A stretch of 64,000 nucleotides of DNA from contig CBDCUP010000019.1 of NCBI GenBank assembly GCA_965222655.1, positions 280,825-344,824 of the forward strand. Reading direction: 5' to 3'. Positions 60,091 to 64,000 of the stretch are shown in pieces. The DNA is from Acidobacteriota bacterium (lineage in GTDB: Bacteria > Acidobacteriota > UBA6911 > RPQK01 > JAJDTT01). Below the pieces are notes generated by a model. It had not been told where the DNA came from. It made no database searches and worked only from the letters and a program-made list of their open reading frames with translations. Position numbers and translations under genes: made by a program. Positions within the stretch are counted from its first letter, which is position 1. Each line of letters begins with the position of its first letter.

Positions 60091-60721
60091 TGCGAAAAAC
60101 CGGGGCTAGTCTCCTCCGCAGCTTCTCGAGTCCCAGTTGGATCCGAGTCTTCACGGTTCCAAAGGGTGCCTCCAAGGTCTCGGCGATCTGCCGATGGGAT
60201 AGTCCATCATAGTAGGCAAGGTAGATCGCTTGCTTTTGCTCTTCGGGAATCTCCGACAGCGCCTGCAGGACGATCTCCCTCCGTTGACCTTGAATCGCCT
60301 TCGAGAGGGGATTCTTCTGTTCCGAACTATCGACGGCCTCCGGGATCTCCTCAGCCAGGGAGACCTCTCTGGATCGGCTTTCTTTTCTCCACTCGTCGAT
60401 CGCAAGGTTTCTAGCGATCGCGAAAAGCCAGGTGGATACGCCCGCCAGTTTGGGGTCATACCGCCCTGCCTTCTCCCAGACCGAGATGAAGGTGTGTTGA
60501 ACCACAACCTCCGCCGATTTCTGATTCCGGAGGATTCTCAGCGCCAGGCTGTAGATGGCTCCTGAATAGACATCGTAGAGATCGGAAAGCGCTTGTGCGT
60601 CCCTGAAAGTGATCTTGCGCAGAAGGAGCCAGTCTTGAGGCATGAGTATTGTCTTCGACCCGAGTGGATGCATTGTATTGAACCACCACTTCCAGAGCAA
60701 ATCCGTGTCGCCCAATCCCAC
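60083..60721 (-). CDS. ECF (sigma-70 family) RNA polymerase sigma factor
   Basis: Region 2 (FISVWEKAGRYDPKLAGVSTWLFAIARNLAIDEWR) and region 4 HTH (LSHRQIAETLEAPFGTVKTRIQLGLEKLRR). Confidence 0.8.
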   Translation of the reverse strand: MGLGDTDLLWKWWFNTMHPLGSKTILMPQDWLLLRKITFRDAQALSDLYDVYSGAIYSLALRILRNQKSAEVVVQHTFISVWEKAGRYDPKLAGVSTWLFAIARNLAIDEWRKESRSREVSLAEEIPEAVDSSEQKNPLSKAIQGQRREIVLQALSEIPEEQKQAIYLAYYDGLSHRQIAETLEAPFGTVKTRIQLGLEKLRRRLAPVFRNG

Positions 60722-60785
60722 CCTTGCCTTTGCCTTTGCCCTTGTCCTTGTCCTTGCCTCTGCCTTAGCCTTTGCCTTCGCTCGT
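60718..60785. repeat. hexanucleotide microsatellite (CCTTTG/CCTTGT variants) immediately upstream of the ECF sigma-factor start
   Basis: cccttgcctttgcctttgcccttgtccttgtccttgcctctgccttagcctttgccttcgc. Confidence 0.85.
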
Positions 60786-60869
60786 TCAATCCAGTCAGCC
60801 TGCAGAACCCTTCGAGATCCTGAGTGTCTGCGTTGACTCCGCCCCTTATTCGATGTTAAGTCTCAAACC

Positions 60870-61307
60870 ATGTCGGAGGAACAGGGTAGCCAGTGGGTTC
60901 AGACGGATTTCCGGGTCCGCTACGCCGAGACAGACCAAATGGGGATCGCCTACCATTCCAACTATCTGATCTGGTTTGAGGTAGCAAGGGTCGAGTTCTT
61001 CCGACGATTTGGCTTTACCTACAATCGATTGGAAAAGGAGACGGGCACCTTCCTTCCGGTGGTGGAAGTGCACTGCAGGTACCTCCTACCACTGCGCTAC
61101 GATGACGAATTCACGGTCAAGACGCGCTTGGATGAATTTGGCAGGAGGCTGCTCGGTTTTGCTTACGAGTTGGTCAATAAGGATGGGGAAAGCGTCTATG
61201 CTCGGGCCCAGACAAAACACGTAGCAACCGACAAGAGCGGCAGGCCCAAAACTCTCCCAAAGGGGTTCCTCGACTTTCTCAGTCAAGCGAATCCCAGCCC
61301 GGTTTAG
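60870..61307 (+). CDS. 4HBT/YbgC-type acyl-CoA thioesterase
   Basis: FRVRYAETDQMGIAYHSNYLIWFEVARVEF hotdog-fold signature. Confidence 0.75.
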   Translation: MSEEQGSQWVQTDFRVRYAETDQMGIAYHSNYLIWFEVARVEFFRRFGFTYNRLEKETGTFLPVVEVHCRYLLPLRYDDEFTVKTRLDEFGRRLLGFAYELVNKDGESVYARAQTKHVATDKSGRPKTLPKGFLDFLSQANPSPV

Positions 61308-61382
61308 TTCGGGATCCGCATCCGAAAAACCGATCTGGATCCCATGCCGTCCGCTCAACTCAGGTGAAAAGGAGATCGTCCC

Positions 61383-61799
61383 ATGGCTCAGCTGGAAAGG
61401 ACCGTAATTGATCCGGAACAACTCCAGACTCCCGGAGGTGAGTACTCTTCAGGACTCAAGGTGAAGGCTGGATCACTACTCTTCGTGGCGGGTCAGACCG
61501 CCATGAATTCGAAAGGCATCCTGGTCGGTGAAGGCGACGCGGCGGCTCAAACACGGCAAGCTTTCGAGAATATCGGTCACATCCTCGAGAGTGCTGGAGC
61601 GTCCTTCAGCGACGTCGTCGAGTTCACGACCTACCTGGTCGGGATCGAGTCAGTCCAACTCTTCATGGAGGCCCGGACGGAGCTGTTCCGCGAACTCTAT
61701 CCTGAGGGTGACTATCCCACCAACACGCTGCTGAACATCGTTTCGCTTGCAGGTAGCAAGGCTTTGGTGGAGATAAAGGCCCTTGCCGTGCTTCCTTGA
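61383..61799 (+). CDS. RidA/YjgF family reactive-intermediate deaminase
   Basis: YjgF-like pattern (LFVAGQTAMN...SFSDVVEFTTYL...). Confidence 0.8.
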   Translation: MAQLERTVIDPEQLQTPGGEYSSGLKVKAGSLLFVAGQTAMNSKGILVGEGDAAAQTRQAFENIGHILESAGASFSDVVEFTTYLVGIESVQLFMEARTELFRELYPEGDYPTNTLLNIVSLAGSKALVEIKALAVLP

Positions 61800-61859
61800 G
61801 GCGCGGTGTTTTCGATTCGGCCGTGGCCCAAACCCGAAGCCCAGGGCGAGCAGGCAGAC

Positions 61860-62795
61860 TCAAGCCGGGATTTTCAGCTTCAACAAGCGGGCTCCGTTGT
61901 CGTAGGTGATGCGGCGGAGGATCCCGGAATCTGCGACGTATTCTTTCAACAGGGCAAGCGAGCTCTGAGCGATGCAGTAACCCTTCTGGTAGTCACCGCC
62001 CCTACCATCGTGGCAGGGACAGTCACTTCCCCAGATGAGCTTCTGGGAAAGTCGCAAGACGAAGTCCGAGGCAAAGTCCGGATCCCGACTCAGGGCATTG
62101 CGGCCGGAATTGGCCGAAAGATCGCCGTGCATGTTGGCATAGTCCGACAGCAGACGGTCGGTGATTCCCCCAGGCTTCACCCGGCCGCTGGGATAGCCGC
62201 CGGGAGCGCCCACCGCGCTGATGTTGGCCCACCAACCCGTGGCGTGTCCGATGAAGTTGACCTCGGGGTAGGCCTCCAGGACCTTGTGGAATCGCTCTAG
62301 ACCCGTGTTGTATTCGCCGCCGAAGTGGAGCAGAACGGGCACATCGAAGTCCCGGGCGACATCGTATACCCTTCGCATTTCGGCGGAGTCAGCCGGGAGT
62401 TTGAACTTCTGCTCCCCGATGCCCAGGGCACCCTTCTTCAGATGGGTTCGGAGGACCTGCTGGGCGTCCTCGCGTTCGGGATCCACGTTGCAGAAGGTCA
62501 CGTAGCCACGCGGATGAGCCTTCAGGTGGCTCCAGCACTCATCGTTGCCTGCTAACTGGACGTGCATCCAGCCGTCTCCCGGGAGCAAAACCGTCGTAGT
62601 CACTGCCAAGACATCTTGATGAAGAACCAGCTTCTGCTCAGGTCTGTCTCCGAATAGCACATGCTGGTGGATGTCGAGGAGCAGAGGATCCAAGGACGTG
62701 GCATTCCTGCACGAGTTGGATACGGAGACCGCCGCTGCGGCGACTCCAGTCATGAAGTCACGGCGTGTCGTGAAGCTAGGCATCGTGGATTTCAT
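61860..62795 (-). CDS. Tat-exported amidohydrolase-2 family hydrolase
   Basis: RRDFMTGVAAAAV twin-arginine signal; LDIHQHV metal-binding start motif. Confidence 0.6.
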   Translation of the reverse strand: MKSTMPSFTTRRDFMTGVAAAAVSVSNSCRNATSLDPLLLDIHQHVLFGDRPEQKLVLHQDVLAVTTTVLLPGDGWMHVQLAGNDECWSHLKAHPRGYVTFCNVDPEREDAQQVLRTHLKKGALGIGEQKFKLPADSAEMRRVYDVARDFDVPVLLHFGGEYNTGLERFHKVLEAYPEVNFIGHATGWWANISAVGAPGGYPSGRVKPGGITDRLLSDYANMHGDLSANSGRNALSRDPDFASDFVLRLSQKLIWGSDCPCHDGRGGDYQKGYCIAQSSLALLKEYVADSGILRRITYDNGARLLKLKIPA

Positions 62796-63225
62796 GTGAG
62801 CACAACTCCATTATGATCGGCAAGAGGAAAGCTGCAAGACGGAGATCTGAGCTATCGATGTTCACGCTTCGGCTCGAGGGTGATACGGGATCTCGGTTGT
62901 GAGCGTCTCTGCAACGTGGGAACCTCGAATCAGACCTTGCTGGAGGGGCTGCTGGCCTCCATCGACTGTCGTAGCGAGGCGCCGCAAGCGCTTTCCTTCA
63001 ATCCCAACCGCTTCCACAGCATTTGGAGATTGTCTGGGACAACGCAACAGTGAGCTGGGCAAACCAGGGCGTCCACATGCTGGACCTGGCCCTCTGGGGC
63101 ATCCAGAAGATGCGAGGCCAGAAGAAGTGTCTCCCCACACGGGTCTCCGGACAAGGGAGTATCTATTGGCTCGACGCGCGAGCCTGCGGGGGAGAAAACC
63201 GTTTCCCAGGCTCTCGTTCCCAGTC

Positions 63226-63999
63226 TCAATTGCCAGCATCGCCGACCCAGCGAAGGATCCAGGTCGCAGCATCCGGGTGCGCTTTGTTGTAGGTGGAGTG
63301 GCCGCCCGGGCTCTCCGAGGGAGTGATAACCAGCTTCAACACCTCCTCTGACCAGATGTCTTGCATGGGTTTCATGTGAGAGGGCGACAACTCCATGAGC
63401 TTCAGTGCAAAATCTACGGCGTGGCGGCTACCCACCCGCAGGTCGTTGTGGCCTATTTGGATGAAGAGGTGACGGGTGGCCAGTTTGGGAGCCAGCGACA
63501 TCACGTCCAGAGGCAGGGCCAGAGCTGGGTCCTTCATGTCTCCGAACTCCCGCAGGGCTAGGAGGTCCGTGACAGGAGCAAAGGCTACCACAGCGCCGAT
63601 GCGAGGCTCGACGGCGGCGAGGTGGAGGGCCATGAACCCACCCCGGGAAGGACCGAAGGCAACGATCCGCTTCGGATCCACATATTCCTCCTGGATCAAG
63701 AAGTCCAGCACAGTCGAGACCCGGGGCAGGAACTCGGCGAGGAAGTTTTCACCCTTCTCCAGACGGTGGCGCCATCCCGAGAGGCCGGGCGGCTCACCGG
63801 GTCTTTGATCGTCTCCATGACAGGGAATGTCCAGAGCGACGGAGAGGAAGTCGTGTTGGGCTAGAATCCAGCCCAGCGTGTTGGCAGACTTTTCCTCGAG
63901 GGCTCTCCGCATCGCCCCTGCGAAGACAACCAGGGTGGGCGAGGGCCGGACTGCCTTCTTCCCGAGCAGAGCAAAGCGGATTCCCGAAGGGGACTCCAT
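63226..63999 (-). CDS. alpha/beta hydrolase (dienelactone hydrolase / prolyl-oligopeptidase-like); N-terminus at window edge
   Basis: GPSRGG nucleophile elbow, downstream Asp/His (IQIGHNDLRVG). Confidence 0.6.
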   Translation of the reverse strand: MESPSGIRFALLGKKAVRPSPTLVVFAGAMRRALEEKSANTLGWILAQHDFLSVALDIPCHGDDQRPGEPPGLSGWRHRLEKGENFLAEFLPRVSTVLDFLIQEEYVDPKRIVAFGPSRGGFMALHLAAVEPRIGAVVAFAPVTDLLALREFGDMKDPALALPLDVMSLAPKLATRHLFIQIGHNDLRVGSRHAVDFALKLMELSPSHMKPMQDIWSEEVLKLVITPSESPGGHSTYNKAHPDAATWILRWVGDAGN

Positions 64000-64000
64000 G

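Noticed and set aside
62862-63351. Overlapping 136-aa (-) and 150-aa (+) ORFs between the amidohydrolase and the alpha/beta hydrolase
   Set aside because: They are mutually antisense with no recognisable motifs. It is undecidable which, if either, is real. The region may be a promoter or 5'UTR.

Overview
This is a 64-kb high-GC (about 60%) bacterial chromosomal window. The gene content points to an Acidobacteria- or Planctomycetes-like soil bacterium: a TIGR03436-type VWA protein, a PSCyt1/DUF1549/DUF1553 giant protein paired with a DUF1501 protein, and many amidohydrolase-2 and beta-propeller genes. Roughly 50 protein-coding genes are present. Housekeeping and metabolic genes include EtfAB, a Zn-ADH, a PduO adenosyltransferase, an M20 peptidase, a DapA-family gene, Gfo/Idh/MocA, ArfB, RidA and an ECF sigma/anti-sigma pair. 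These are interleaved with accessory and mobile content. The accessory content includes (i) a 5-kb low-GC islet bounded by direct repeats of a tRNA-Arg 3' half and carrying a disrupted IS1380-like transposase, a C39-like peptidase and an integrase remnant. It also includes (ii) an intact IS4-family transposase followed by a dense array of about 13 minus-strand tRNA genes, several with aberrant stems, and (iii) several long inverted-repeat pairs (about 390 bp, about 125 bp) and a 175-bp MITE-like element. The most notable single gene is a secreted AhpC/TSA peroxiredoxin whose catalytic Cys codon is an in-frame TGA followed by a SECIS-like hairpin, making it a candidate selenoprotein that the ORF track splits in two. 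Several genes carry frameshifts or decay: an amidase, a Ser/Thr kinase-TolB fusion and a beta-propeller glycosidase-like paralog. Intergenic regions contain at least three families of nested palindromic (REP-like) repeats and GGCAAA/CCTTTG hexanucleotide microsatellites in three promoter-proximal regions. All calls rest on reading motifs and hand-folding RNA, with no database searches run.
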